Source: Planctomycetota bacterium
GTDB taxonomy: Bacteria > Planctomycetota > B15-G4
Direction of reading: 5' to 3'
DNA length: 64,000 bases
Assembly: GCA_965248575.1 (NCBI GenBank)
Contig: CBDFJQ010000002.1
Span: 4,704,001 to 4,768,000, forward strand
How positions within the stretch are numbered: the stretch's first letter is position 1; every line of letters starts with the position of its first letter. Made by a program: the position numbers and the translations under genes. Of the stretch, positions 1 through 10,330 are shown piece by piece. Under the pieces are notes generated by a model, which saw only the letters and a list, made by a program, of their open reading frames with translations, did no database searches and had not been told where the DNA came from.

Positions 1-335
1 GAATCGGGACGGTGGTGTCAGCCGGCGGCGGTTGACAGCCTGCTGGTACGAAAAAACAGCATACAGCGGCTGTCGAGAACTCCCGGATTCCAGGGTTCGA
101 CTCGCGTTCAATTCGGTCGACAGGCCCTTTCCTCGGCGAGGCGTGGCCCTGCTGCATTGGGCAAATGAGCCGTGCGACTGGACTTGGTGCCCCGGGCATC
201 GACTCGGACGCTCTTTGGAGACAGGAGATCGCATGGACAGTTTTGCATATCGCCCATATGGTCCATACACGACGCGCCCCCTGGAATCTCCAGGGAGAGG
301 CGCAGGGCACACTCATCGCAGTCAGGGATAAGTCC

Positions 336-3300
336 ATGTCAATCCTTTGCTCGCTGGCTCTGGCGGCGCTGTGCGCTGTGACTGCAGCGCCCCTCCAGAG
401 TGAGGCGGGAGCTCTTCCGCAGCTCCGGCTGCGTGTTCTGGATGTGACAGGAGACGGTCTCCCGGACAAGCTTGTCTTCGACGCTGACGGGACCATGTCC
501 GTGGCGGTCAACCAGGGCAACGAATCCTTCCAGACCGTCTGGCAGGAGTTGCCGAAGGGGCGCCCCGTGTACGTGCTCGCGTCCGACTTGGACGACAACG
601 GCAGCGTCGATCTGTACCTGGTGACCTCCAGTTCAAACCTTGTTCTGTTGGGAGATGGAACGGGTCGCTTCGTGGAGCACACAGCGCTCAGCGGATTGAG
701 CGATACGGGCGTCGGCCAGAGCGCCGTTCGGATGGACTTGGATGCTTCGGGAGAGCTGGACCTGCTGCTACACAACAGCACGGGCGACGTGATGTTCTGG
801 GCTCGTGGAGGTGGAGTCTTCGAGCGTGACGCAGCGAGCCCCGCAGCCGAGGTCGTACCCACGAGCGGTGTCCCCGGAAGCGGACAGCCCGGAGGTGGCA
901 CTGCCAGCGCCAGTGCACCCGCCGGTCCTATCACGGCGGGTTCTGGCGTGCTGGGCACCGGACAAGTTGGAATCGGGTTGCAAGGCGTGACCATCGACTT
1001 TGACGACCGCTACGTGAATGACGGCTACAGCGAAGTCGACAGCGACGATGTCCTGGACGGCTCCCTGTCCGGGGCGGACATTTCGACGTCCGGCGGCGAT
1101 ATCGTCTTCGGCACCGGCTCCCTGACGGTCAACGGACCGGTGGCCGTGACCGGTGTCATGAATGCACCGATCGTGCACACAAACTTCATCCAGTTCGGCG
1201 ACAGCACGTCGCAATCCACCGCGACGGTGGTGGGCCCCGCTGGGCCGACCGGCCCTACGGGACCGACGGGCTTGGCTGGCGCTGACGGCGTCATGGGTCC
1301 CACGGGACCGACTGGTGCAGCTGGTGCCGCAGGGCTGCCTGGTGCGGACGGCGCAATAGGTCCGGCAGGACCGAGCGGCCCGACAGGTGCTGCAGGCGCC
1401 GCAGGCTTGCCTGGTGCTGATGGTGCCGATGGCGCGACGGGGCCGGCAGGCCCGAGCGGCCCGACAGGTGCTGCTGGCGCAGCAGGCTTACCCGGTGCCG
1501 ACGGTGCAACAGGTGCCGCAGGACCGACCGGTGCTGCAGGCGCGGCTGGCTTACCGGGAGCCGATGGCGCAACAGGACCCGCAGGACCGACAGGCGCAGC
1601 CGGCGCCGCAGGTTTGCCGGGTGCCGATGGCGCGACGGGTGCCGCAGGACCGACAGGTGCAGCGGGCGCGGCTGGCTTACCGGGTGCCGACGGCGCGACG
1701 GGTCCCGCAGGACCGAGCGGCCCAACAGGTGCAGCCGGTGCCGGAGGGCTGCCTGGTGCTGATGGTGCCGACGGCGCGACGGGTCCCGCAGGACCGAGCG
1801 GCCCGACAGGTGCTGCAGGCGCCGCAGGCTTGCCTGGTGCTGATGGTGCCGATGGCGCGACGGGTGCCGCAGGACCGACAGGTGCAGCGGGTGCCGCAGG
1901 TTTGCCGGGTGCCGATGGTGCCGATGGCGCGACGGGTCCCGCAGGACCGAGCGGCCCGACAGGTGCAGCTGGAACCGCAGGGCTGCCTGGTGCGGACGGC
2001 GCAACAGGTCCGGCAGGGCCGACAGGTGCAGCGGGTGCCGCAGGCTTGCCGGGTGCCGATGGCGCAACAGGACCCGCAGGACCGACAGGTGCAGCCGGCG
2101 CCGCAGGCTTGCCGGGTGCCGATGGCGCAACGGGTCCGGCAGGACCGACAGGTGCTGCAGGCGCGGCTGGCTTACCGGGTGCTGATGGCGCCGATGGCGC
2201 GACGGGGCCCGCAGGCCCGAGCGGCCCAACAGGTGCAGCCGGCGCCGCAGGTTTGCCGGGTGCCGATGGCGCGACGGGTGCCGCAGGACCGACAGGTGCA
2301 GCGGGTGCCGCAGGTTTGCCGGGTGCCGATGGCGCAACAGGCCCCGCAGGCCCGACCGGTGCTGCTGGTGCAGCAGGCTTGCCTGGTGCTGATGGTGCCG
2401 ATGGCGCAACAGGCCCCGCAGGCCCGACCGGTGCTGCTGGCGCAGCAGGCTTACCGGGTGCCGATGGTGCCGATGGCGCGACGGGTCCCGCAGGACCGAG
2501 CGGCCCAACAGGTGCAGCGGGCGCCGCAGGCTTGCCGGGTGCCGATGGCGCAACGGGTCCGGCAGGACCGACAGGTGCTGCAGGCGCGGCTGGCTTACCG
2601 GGTGCTGATGGCGCGGACGGCGCGACGGGTCCCGCAGGCCCGAGCGGCCCAACAGGTGCAGCCGGCGCCGCAGGTTTGCCGGGTGCCGATGGCGCGACGG
2701 GTGCCGCAGGACCGACAGGTGCAGCGGGTGCCGCAGGTTTGCCGGGTGCCGATGGCGCAACAGGCCCCGCAGGCCCGACCGGTGCAACAGGCCCCGCAGG
2801 CCCGACCGGTGCTGCTGGCGCAGCAGGCTTACCGGGTGCCGATGGTGCCGATGGTGCCGATGGCGCGACGGGTCCCGCAGGACCGAGCGGCCCGACAGGT
2901 GCAGCTGGAGCCGCAGGGCTGCCTGGTGCGGACGGCGCAACGGGTCCGGCAGGACCGACAGGTGCAGCGGGTGCCGCAGGCTTGCCGGGTGCCGATGGCG
3001 CCGATGGCGCCGATGGCGCGACGGGGCCCGCAGGCCCGAGCGGCCCAACAGGTGCAGCCGGCGCCGCAGGTTTGCCGGGTGCCGATGGCGCGACGGGTGC
3101 CGCAGGACCGACAGGTGCAGCGGGTGCCGCAGGTTTGCCGGGTGCCGATGGCGCGACGGGTGCCGCAGGACCGACAGGTGCAGCGGGTGCCGCAGGTTTG
3201 CCGGGTGCCGATGGCGCAACAGGCCCCGCAGGCCCGACCGGTGCTGCTGGCGCAGCAGGCTTGCCTGGTGCTGATGGTGCCGATGGCGCAACAGGCCCCG

Positions 3301-5423
3301 CAGGCCCGACCGGTGCTGCTGGCGCAGCAGGCTTACCGGGTGCCGATGGTGCCGATGGCGCGACGGGTCCCGCAGGACCGAGCGGCCCGACAGGTGCAGC
3401 TGGAGCCGCAGGGCTGCCTGGTGCGGACGGCGCAACGGGTCCGGCAGGACCGACAGGTGCAGCGGGTGCCGCAGGCTTGCCGGGTGCCGATGGCGCCGAT
3501 GGCGCGACGGGGCCCGCAGGCCCGAGCGGCCCAACAGGTGCAGCCGGCGCCGCAGGTTTGCCGGGTGCCGATGGCGCGACGGGTGCCGCAGGACCGACAG
3601 GTGCAGCGGGTGCCGCAGGTTTGCCGGGTGCCGATGGCGCAACAGGCCCCGCAGGCCCGACCGGTGCTGCTGGCGCAGCAGGCTTACCGGGTGCCGATGG
3701 TGCCGATGGTGCCGATGGCGCGACGGGTCCCGCAGGACCGAGCGGCCCGACAGGTGCAGCTGGAGCCGCAGGGCTGCCTGGTGCGGACGGCGCAACGGGT
3801 CCGGCAGGACCGACAGGTGCAGCGGGTGCCGCAGGCTTGCCGGGTGCCGATGGCGCCGATGGCGCCGATGGCGCGACGGGGCCCGCAGGCCCGAGCGGCC
3901 CAACAGGTGCAGCCGGCGCCGCAGGTTTGCCGGGTGCCGATGGCGCGACGGGTGCCGCAGGACCGACAGGTGCAGCGGGTGCCGCAGGTTTGCCGGGTGC
4001 CGATGGCGCAACAGGCCCCGCAGGCCCGACCGGTGCTGCTGGCGCAGCAGGCTTACCGGGTGCCGATGGCGCGACGGGTCCCGCAGGACCGAGCGGCCCG
4101 ACAGGTGCAGCTGGAGCCGCAGGGCTGCCTGGTGCGGACGGCGCAACGGGTCCGGCAGGACCGACAGGTGCAGCGGGTGCCGCAGGCTTGCCGGGTGCCG
4201 ATGGCGCCGATGGCGCCGATGGCGCGACGGGGCCCGCAGGCCCGAGCGGCCCAACAGGTGCAGCCGGCGCCGCAGGCTTGCCGGGTGCCGATGGCGCAAC
4301 GGGACCCGCAGGACCGACCGGTGCTGCAGGCGCGGCTGGCTTACCGGGTGCTGATGGCGCGGACGGCGCGACGGGTCCCGCAGGACCGAGCGGCCCGACA
4401 GGTGCTGCTGGCGCAGCAGGCTTGCCTGGTGCTGATGGTGCCGATGGCGCGACGGGTCCCGCAGGACCGAGCGGCCCGACAGGTGCTGCTGGCGCAGCAG
4501 GCTTGCCTGGTGCTGATGGTGCCGATGGCGCAACAGGACCCGCAGGCCCGAGCGGCCCAACAGGTGCAGCCGGCGCCGCAGGCTTGCCGGGTGCCGATGG
4601 CGCAACAGGCCCCGCAGGCCCGACCGGTGCTGCTGGCGCAGCAGGCTTACCGGGTGCCGATGGTGCCGATGGCGCGACGGGTCCCGCAGGACCGAGCGGC
4701 CCGACAGGTGCAGCTGGAGCCGCAGGGCTGCCTGGTGCGGACGGCGCAACGGGTCCGGCAGGACCGACAGGTGCAGCGGGTGCCGCAGGCTTGCCGGGTG
4801 CCGATGGCGCAACGGGACCCGCAGGACCGACCGGTGCTGCAGGCGCGGCTGGCTTACCGGGTGCTGATGGCGCGGACGGCGCGACGGGTCCCGCAGGACC
4901 GAGCGGCCCGACAGGTGCTGCTGGCGCAGCAGGCTTGCCTGGTGCTGATGGTGCCGACGGCGCGGCGGGTCCCGCAGGCCCGAGCGGCCCGACAGGTGCA
5001 GCCGGTGCAGCAGGCTTGCCCGGTGCTACCGGGCCGACCGGGCCCACAGGGCCTGCGCCCAGCGGAAGCATGGCCTCACTAAGCACCGGGGTAACGACGG
5101 CCTCGACGACGGACGTGTTGTTGACTGGTCTGAGTCTTACGCCCGGCGCAGGCAACTACATGGTTCACGCCTCCGTCTCCATCGATGCCAACTCAGGAGG
5201 CAGTCCTGAGTTCGCGGTTCTCAGTATCTACGTTGGTGGCACACAGGTCGCGAACTCGGAGCGGACGATCCTGCTTCCGCGCCAGACGTTCAACTCTGGC
5301 TCGACGCAGGCCTATATCACCAACGTCGGTGCGTCGGACGCCATCGAGGTGCGTTGGAGGACAACCACCGCCAAGCTGATCACGGCCAACGAGCGCGCGC
5401 TCACTCTGATCGAGATGAACTGA
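336..5423 (+). CDS. Secreted giant collagen-like protein: signal peptide, FG-GAP/VCBS-like N-terminal repeats, ~1275-aa Gly-X-Y region, ~120-aa beta-rich C-terminal domain
   Basis: ORF 165..5423; ATG at 336 gives signal peptide [18 protein letters not shown]; DxxxDGxxD motifs ([27 protein letters not shown]); Gly every third residue 1233-5057. Confidence 0.9.
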   Translation: MSILCSLALAALCAVTAAPLQSEAGALPQLRLRVLDVTGDGLPDKLVFDADGTMSVAVNQGNESFQTVWQELPKGRPVYVLASDLDDNGSVDLYLVTSSSNLVLLGDGTGRFVEHTALSGLSDTGVGQSAVRMDLDASGELDLLLHNSTGDVMFWARGGGVFERDAASPAAEVVPTSGVPGSGQPGGGTASASAPAGPITAGSGVLGTGQVGIGLQGVTIDFDDRYVNDGYSEVDSDDVLDGSLSGADISTSGGDIVFGTGSLTVNGPVAVTGVMNAPIVHTNFIQFGDSTSQSTATVVGPAGPTGPTGPTGLAGADGVMGPTGPTGAAGAAGLPGADGAIGPAGPSGPTGAAGAAGLPGADGADGATGPAGPSGPTGAAGAAGLPGADGATGAAGPTGAAGAAGLPGADGATGPAGPTGAAGAAGLPGADGATGAAGPTGAAGAAGLPGADGATGPAGPSGPTGAAGAGGLPGADGADGATGPAGPSGPTGAAGAAGLPGADGADGATGAAGPTGAAGAAGLPGADGADGATGPAGPSGPTGAAGTAGLPGADGATGPAGPTGAAGAAGLPGADGATGPAGPTGAAGAAGLPGADGATGPAGPTGAAGAAGLPGADGADGATGPAGPSGPTGAAGAAGLPGADGATGAAGPTGAAGAAGLPGADGATGPAGPTGAAGAAGLPGADGADGATGPAGPTGAAGAAGLPGADGADGATGPAGPSGPTGAAGAAGLPGADGATGPAGPTGAAGAAGLPGADGADGATGPAGPSGPTGAAGAAGLPGADGATGAAGPTGAAGAAGLPGADGATGPAGPTGATGPAGPTGAAGAAGLPGADGADGADGATGPAGPSGPTGAAGAAGLPGADGATGPAGPTGAAGAAGLPGADGADGADGATGPAGPSGPTGAAGAAGLPGADGATGAAGPTGAAGAAGLPGADGATGAAGPTGAAGAAGLPGADGATGPAGPTGAAGAAGLPGADGADGATGPAGPTGAAGAAGLPGADGADGATGPAGPSGPTGAAGAAGLPGADGATGPAGPTGAAGAAGLPGADGADGATGPAGPSGPTGAAGAAGLPGADGATGAAGPTGAAGAAGLPGADGATGPAGPTGAAGAAGLPGADGADGADGATGPAGPSGPTGAAGAAGLPGADGATGPAGPTGAAGAAGLPGADGADGADGATGPAGPSGPTGAAGAAGLPGADGATGAAGPTGAAGAAGLPGADGATGPAGPTGAAGAAGLPGADGATGPAGPSGPTGAAGAAGLPGADGATGPAGPTGAAGAAGLPGADGADGADGATGPAGPSGPTGAAGAAGLPGADGATGPAGPTGAAGAAGLPGADGADGATGPAGPSGPTGAAGAAGLPGADGADGATGPAGPSGPTGAAGAAGLPGADGADGATGPAGPSGPTGAAGAAGLPGADGATGPAGPTGAAGAAGLPGADGADGATGPAGPSGPTGAAGAAGLPGADGATGPAGPTGAAGAAGLPGADGATGPAGPTGAAGAAGLPGADGADGATGPAGPSGPTGAAGAAGLPGADGADGAAGPAGPSGPTGAAGAAGLPGATGPTGPTGPAPSGSMASLSTGVTTASTTDVLLTGLSLTPGAGNYMVHASVSIDANSGGSPEFAVLSIYVGGTQVANSERTILLPRQTFNSGSTQAYITNVGASDAIEVRWRTTTAKLITANERALTLIEMN
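1233..5057 (+). repeat. Coding tandem repeat, unit [12 protein letters not shown](GAD)0-2GATG(P/A)AG(PSG)PT, with higher-order duplications
   Basis: Seen directly; 2801-3154 and 3656-4009 read as identical ~350-bp blocks. Confidence 0.97.
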
Positions 5424-5467
5424 TCGTCTGACGTCGCAAGGCGCGTGGTTCGCGAGAGAAGTACGCC

Positions 5468-5899
5468 CTACTTCCCGCCTTTGATCACCGTCCTGACGCC
5501 TTCGTGCTCAATCGTGCCGCGCTCCACCAGCCTGAAGGCGTTCTTCCGCGCCTGCAACAGGAGCTTCTTGGCCGCAGGTGATTGGACATCCACAAGCCTC
5601 TTGAGTTTGAGGTGTCGGATGCGCGTGCCCGTTCCGTGCAGGAGGCGGTCCGGGTCTTCCAACAGGGCCCCCGAGGGAAGGCTGATGTTGATGTGTTTCC
5701 TGTAGACGATGATGGCGCAGTAGCAATCCCAGGCCTTCGTCGTGAAGCCGTAGCCGATGTTGAATGACTGCGCCGAGTTGCCAGCCAGTTCGAAGGCTGG
5801 CAGGGTTTTCTGCTTCAGGTACTCGCGCAGGGACTGAGCCAGCGAAGCGATCTCGGCGCTGTACGGCTCGAGGAAGTCTTCGATCTGTTGTTCGGTCAT
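5468..5899 (-). CDS. DUF1801 (YdhG-like) domain protein
   Basis: Motif GALLEDPDRLLHGTGTRIRHLKL typical of DUF1801. Confidence 0.75.
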   Translation of the reverse strand: MTEQQIEDFLEPYSAEIASLAQSLREYLKQKTLPAFELAGNSAQSFNIGYGFTTKAWDCYCAIIVYRKHINISLPSGALLEDPDRLLHGTGTRIRHLKLKRLVDVQSPAAKKLLLQARKNAFRLVERGTIEHEGVRTVIKGGK

Positions 5900-6052
5900 T
5901 CAGGAACTCCTGAGCGAGACCATGGGGCGGTGCACGCCGGCGGACGGATATGTGTCGTCAAAGGGCCCGCTCAGCTTGCCCTTGCTCCCTCCCAGGGTAG
6001 GGTCGAGTGCCGGTGGGTGGGCCCTGAAGCCCCTCCTCACGTGCCCCTGGGG

Positions 6053-7117
6053 TCAGCTCGAGCCAGTCGTCTTTGGCGAAGGTGCCGATGCCTCCGCTTG
6101 TTCCCCTTGCGGCTTGGTGACGCTCCCGGCATCGGGATCGATGTCGCCGAAGTCCGAAGGGGCCACGTCCGCGAGGATGCTGTTGAGTTTGGCCAGCACC
6201 TCTTTGGGGTCGGCGTCGGAGCTGACCTGCTGGTGCAGGTGCATCAGGTTCGCGGCGAGGGTCGATCGGCCTTGGAGGACGAGCCCTTCCATGCGCACCC
6301 GGGCCGCCAGCTCCCGGGCTTCGATGAGCTCTTCGCCGCGACCGCGCACGAGGGTCTCCACCGTCTCGACGAGGCGGTTCAGCATGCGATTCACCACGCT
6401 CGCCGAGAAGCCCCCGACCATGGCGAGCGTCGGCTTCGTGAGGGTCGCCGAGTTCTCGTCATCACCGAGCGGAATCAGCTCGGCCAGGATGATGCCCGCG
6501 ATGAGCCCCAAGCAGTAGCGCATCCAGTAGGAGGATTCGTGCTTCGGGTCGAAGTAGCCGGCGGTCACGTAACGGTTCGCGCGGAACAGGGCCGCGAAGG
6601 TGGCGCCGAGGCTTGCAGCGGCCAGCAGGAACAGCAGGTTGACCAACAGAGTGATGCCGTCGGAGTTGAGCAGCCCGAGGTGGACGGTGTTCTCGTTGAC
6701 GTCTGGCGAGAGGCTGATGGTGACCACAGCGACGAGGCTCAGCATGGCGGCAATCATCATTCGCCGCACCAGAGGCACCGGCCCGAGGAAGCTCCCGAAA
6801 CTGCTCTTCGCCGCTTCCTTTTCGAGCAGCACGACCGTGCGAGGGATGGCGGGGACGATGATTCCGGCGAGCTGCTCGTGAATCCGGGCCAGCTGTCCGG
6901 GAGCGTCCTTGGTGGCTGCGTTCGAACCCACCTTCGTGACCGGCGCGGAGGCCGGTTGCTTCGCGTCGGCTCCGCGCACGGCTTCAAGCGTCCGAATGAT
7001 GGGAGCAGGAACCGCCAAGCCTGAGGAGAGGGCGTAGCGCGTCATCGCCTCACACTCTCTTCGGAGTTGCGAACCGATCGACTCTTGCACGGGGTGCTCG
7101 CCTTTTGCTGCGTCCAT
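6053..7117 (-). CDS. Hypothetical multi-pass membrane protein with helical C-terminal tail
   Basis: About 4 hydrophobic segments (MMIAAMLSLVAVVTISL, LLVNLLFLLAAASLGATFAALF, YCLGLIAGIILAELI, LAMVGGFSASVV). Confidence 0.75.
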   Translation of the reverse strand: MDAAKGEHPVQESIGSQLRRECEAMTRYALSSGLAVPAPIIRTLEAVRGADAKQPASAPVTKVGSNAATKDAPGQLARIHEQLAGIIVPAIPRTVVLLEKEAAKSSFGSFLGPVPLVRRMMIAAMLSLVAVVTISLSPDVNENTVHLGLLNSDGITLLVNLLFLLAAASLGATFAALFRANRYVTAGYFDPKHESSYWMRYCLGLIAGIILAELIPLGDDENSATLTKPTLAMVGGFSASVVNRMLNRLVETVETLVRGRGEELIEARELAARVRMEGLVLQGRSTLAANLMHLHQQVSSDADPKEVLAKLNSILADVAPSDFGDIDPDAGSVTKPQGEQAEASAPSPKTTGSS

Positions 7118-7431
7118 GTCCTTGATCTCTCCCTGGAATGCCCGGCGCCACCATACCGCCTTTCGCCGGATCAGGCCCTGGCACCGCTCCCGTACTCCAT
7201 GAGTGCCGAACCGCTACGAACGAGTCGGCATGGATCACGGACCGGATCTGGCTAGATTGAGGGGCATGAAGACCGAAGCAAGACACGACGTGCCCTGACG
7301 GGCTGTCGAGTCGGCGCGAGCCCCCTCGCCTCCTGCTCTGGACGCGTCAACACGCGTCGATGATCCATGACACGCATCGGGCGCGTGTTTCGGGGCTCCC
7401 TCCGGGAGCCCATGGAAACGGAGGTGGCGTC

Positions 7432-8559
7432 ATGAAACGTTGCATCAATGTAGTTCTCGTCCTTGCGGCCCTGATGTTGGCCGCAGGCTGGGCGGCAGCG
7501 CCTGCCGCCGGACAATTGTCCAACCCCGCTCCAGGGTGGGAGCCGGGCCAACCCTTCCTCGTCACCATCCATGACCCTCGCGGGACGCCGATGATGGTGG
7601 TGCATGCCGGACGCATTCCCCTCGCGTCCGACCCCAGAGCGCGTCTCGTCCTGCCGGATCTTGGCAACTCCGGCTTGGTCTATGTGGTGTCCACTCGAGG
7701 TGATCCCGGGGGCCGTCGGCCGCCGGTGCGCTTCCCCAACGACGTGCTCAAGAAGGAGCAGGAGATAGTGGGCCGGATTCACTCGGTCGTGCTCCTGTCT
7801 CCCGCCAACCCTGCCTTGGGTATGGGCGCGAGGCACATTCTGATCGTGGGTGCGAACAGCCTGGATCACGGGCTGCTTCCGGAGAGTTTCGATCCTGACA
7901 CAGGTGCCGCGTCGGGCTTGGCGGGCTGCACCTTCGGCGGGTATCTGGTCCCTGGCATGGGCATCCTCAAGAGCGCCGATGATGTCCTGAATCTCGCTCC
8001 CACGATGCCGCGTCGCTCGATGGATGGCGACCGCGCCTACGGGGCACCTCAAGAGACTCCGCCGGATGGAATCCCACCCGACGAACTCTATGGCGGCGAT
8101 CGCCGCGTGATGCGGCCCATCACTCCCATCGACGGCTTCCCGCACGCAGGGCGATTAGCCCCCGGTCAGGGGGATGATCTCCTGACGGGCGGTGGCGGCG
8201 GCGTGACGGGCATTGATCCCGGTGGAGCTGGCCCCCCAGAGGCAGCGGCTGCTGCTGACTGCACCTTCGGTGGCTACCAGGCCCCAGGGGCCGGTGTCCT
8301 GGGTGGCAAGGACGTGGTGATGGGGCTGGATCCAGGCGCTGCCCGGCGCAGCATGGATCCTGGAGCCCGACCGCAGGGCGACTTGTGGAACGTGCCGGAT
8401 CGGCCAGCACCCGATCCCCACGCGCTGCGGCCCACGCGCTGGGTTCCCATTCCCAGCCCACGCTGGTGGAAGAACCCTGGGGCAGGGTCGCTCGGTCAGG
8501 GCAACTTCATCCTGGGTCTGAGCGACAAGGGTATGACTCTCGATATGCAGGGTAAGTAG
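7432..8559 (+). CDS. Secreted protein of unknown family with internal duplication; paralog of 37715-38341
   Basis: GGAGGT RBS before ATG 7432; signal peptide; two CTFGGY...RRSMD repeats. Confidence 0.8.
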   Translation: MKRCINVVLVLAALMLAAGWAAAPAAGQLSNPAPGWEPGQPFLVTIHDPRGTPMMVVHAGRIPLASDPRARLVLPDLGNSGLVYVVSTRGDPGGRRPPVRFPNDVLKKEQEIVGRIHSVVLLSPANPALGMGARHILIVGANSLDHGLLPESFDPDTGAASGLAGCTFGGYLVPGMGILKSADDVLNLAPTMPRRSMDGDRAYGAPQETPPDGIPPDELYGGDRRVMRPITPIDGFPHAGRLAPGQGDDLLTGGGGGVTGIDPGGAGPPEAAAAADCTFGGYQAPGAGVLGGKDVVMGLDPGAARRSMDPGARPQGDLWNVPDRPAPDPHALRPTRWVPIPSPRWWKNPGAGSLGQGNFILGLSDKGMTLDMQGK

Positions 8560-8598
8560 AGAGACAGGGACGACCTTGCGGGATTGCGAGGTGGTTGT

Positions 8599-8639
8599 GC
8601 AGCCCGCCCGGCTTTGCGGCCGAGCGGGCTGCTTTCGTT
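8599..8639 (+). terminator. Intrinsic terminator
   Basis: GCAGCCCGCCCGGC-loop-GCCGAGCGGGCTGC followed by TTTCGTT, 40 bp after the stop codon. Confidence 0.7.
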
Positions 8640-8730
8640 GCCCGCTGCAACCCTGGGGCATTGCATCCCTGACCCCTCGCCGGACAATACCGCGCCTTCC
8701 CGCCCATCCGATTTCCCTGAAGGACCCTCC

Positions 8731-9708
8731 GTGAACGTCTCAACCCGCAGGCTCTCCGAACTCACGCTCAACAGCGAGTACCTCCGGTTGGAAACGGACG
8801 TCAGTGCCCTGAAGAAGAGCATTGAAAGCGTCGGTCTGATTCATCCGCTGACCGTGAACCAGGACGACGAGCTGCTGGCGGGCGCGCGCCGTTTCCAGGC
8901 CGTCAGCGAGCTGGGCTGGGAGGAGGTCGCCGTGCAGGTGGTCGATCGGGACGCGCTGGTCCAGGAGCTGATCTCCATCGACGAGAACCTGGTGCGTTCT
9001 CCGCTGGGCCCCCTCGAGCTTGAGAAGTCCCTCAACCGCGGGCGAGAGATCTACGAGGCCATCCATCCGGCGGCGAGCAAGGTCGATCTGTCAGCGGATG
9101 AGCTCACCGGCGAGGAGAAGCTGCAGCAGAAGGAAAGGGAGGAGCAAGACGAGGACTCCTTCGCTGCCATCACGGCCGAGAAGACCGGTTTGTCCAAGGC
9201 CGTGATCAAGGGGGCGATCAAGCGCGACGCGCTGGCCTCCGACGCAGTGAAGAGAGCGCGCGGCGAGGGTGAGCTGAACGCCACCAAGACCAACGAGATC
9301 ATCAAGCTCGAGAAGGACACGCAGGAGAAGATCCTGCCGCTGATCGCCGACAAGACGGCCAAGGAGACACGTCGGATCGTGGCAGCCGCCAAGGCGGGCG
9401 GCTTCTCGGCCGCCGTCGAGGCTTCCGAGGAGGTGGTTCCCATGCCCCGGGAGTACGGCCAGATGCTCTCCCCGGTCCGGCGCGTCAACCGTTCGATCAG
9501 CAGGATCCTTGTGGAGCAGCTGCGCTACGAGGGGCCGGAGCAGAGCAAGATCAACAAGGAACTGATGCAGCTGAAGGACAACCTCGCCCAGTACTTCCAG
9601 ATGGTGGGTGCGAAGGCTGCGTCGACCCAGCTGGAGGCATCGGCACCGATGACGGCACCGGCGCCTCCCAGCGAGGATGAGCAGGGCGAGCTGGTCGCCG
9701 GTTCATGA
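8731..9708 (+). CDS. ParB/Srx N-terminal domain protein (orphan ParB-like) with HTH-like segment
   Basis: LKKSIESVGLIHPLTV, LAGARRFQA (GxRRxxA), ISIDENLVRSPL (ENxxR), AEKTGLSKAVI; GTG start inferred. Confidence 0.85.
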   Translation: MNVSTRRLSELTLNSEYLRLETDVSALKKSIESVGLIHPLTVNQDDELLAGARRFQAVSELGWEEVAVQVVDRDALVQELISIDENLVRSPLGPLELEKSLNRGREIYEAIHPAASKVDLSADELTGEEKLQQKEREEQDEDSFAAITAEKTGLSKAVIKGAIKRDALASDAVKRARGEGELNATKTNEIIKLEKDTQEKILPLIADKTAKETRRIVAAAKAGGFSAAVEASEEVVPMPREYGQMLSPVRRVNRSISRILVEQLRYEGPEQSKINKELMQLKDNLAQYFQMVGAKAASTQLEASAPMTAPAPPSEDEQGELVAGS

Positions 9709-9746
9709 TTCGGCTGAGCTGACTGTGGCCTACGCCGCGCCGATCA

Positions 9747-10214
9747 TCAGTTGGCGTCGTGGCACGTGGTGCAGGAGATGTCGAGGTTGATGACGAGCTT
9801 CGTGATCAGGTCCTCGTCCGGCGTGTCGGCGCGGGTGGCGCGGGCCAGGTCGAGTGCGATCGAGCCCGTGTCGGCGGCCATCGCGAGGTAGTCGGGCTTG
9901 CGACGATGCTGAGTGTGGACGTTCGACAGCTCGGCGATGATCTCTGACCAGGCGGTGATCGTACGGAGACGGTGCTCATTTTCGATCTGTGGGAGCACCT
10001 CGTTGATCTTGCCCAACGCCGATCCAAAGCCACTCATGAGGCTGGACACTCGGGCCACCGGTTGGAAAGACGACAGCTGCTTGCCATCGCCCTGGCCCGC
10101 AACGGTGCCGGGGGAGGTGAAACAGAGCGGTGCGGTCTGTGCGCTCGACATCCAGAGGGCACTGACAAGGATGACCGTGGCGAAGGCAGCGAGCATCAAA
10201 CGGGAGACGGACAT
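9747..10214 (-). CDS. Exported c-type cytochrome, class II (c'-like) helical bundle
   Basis: Signal or anchor sequence; single CTTCH haem motif at the extreme C-terminus. Confidence 0.7.
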   Translation of the reverse strand: MSVSRLMLAAFATVILVSALWMSSAQTAPLCFTSPGTVAGQGDGKQLSSFQPVARVSSLMSGFGSALGKINEVLPQIENEHRLRTITAWSEIIAELSNVHTQHRRKPDYLAMAADTGSIALDLARATRADTPDEDLITKLVINLDISCTTCHDAN

Positions 10215-10330
10215 CGAGCGAACCTCAGGCGGAAATGGGAGCGGACGCGGGGAGAGCTCTGCGCGAAGGACGCGCAATGCCGGAGACGTAGCCTCCTACG
10301 AGAGGCTCCTGGCGACTGTGAGCCTCAGTC

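Noticed and set aside
32..60. TTGACA -35 box upstream of the collagen gene
   Set aside because: No credible -10 hexamer at 16-18 bp spacing.
165..335. Upstream ATG for the collagen gene
   Set aside because: It would bury the signal peptide; ATG 336 fits better.
1233..5057. Possible CRISPR array
   Set aside because: No unique spacers; the repeats are in-frame coding units.
1025..5155. Long alternative-frame ORFs (1025-5155 -, 1291-4812 -, 1387-5082 +)
   Set aside because: Stop-free shadows of the GC-rich collagen repeat; they begin and end with the repeat and have no independent domains.
8731..9708. Plasmid or prophage partition locus
   Set aside because: No parA, rep, integrase or phage genes in the window.
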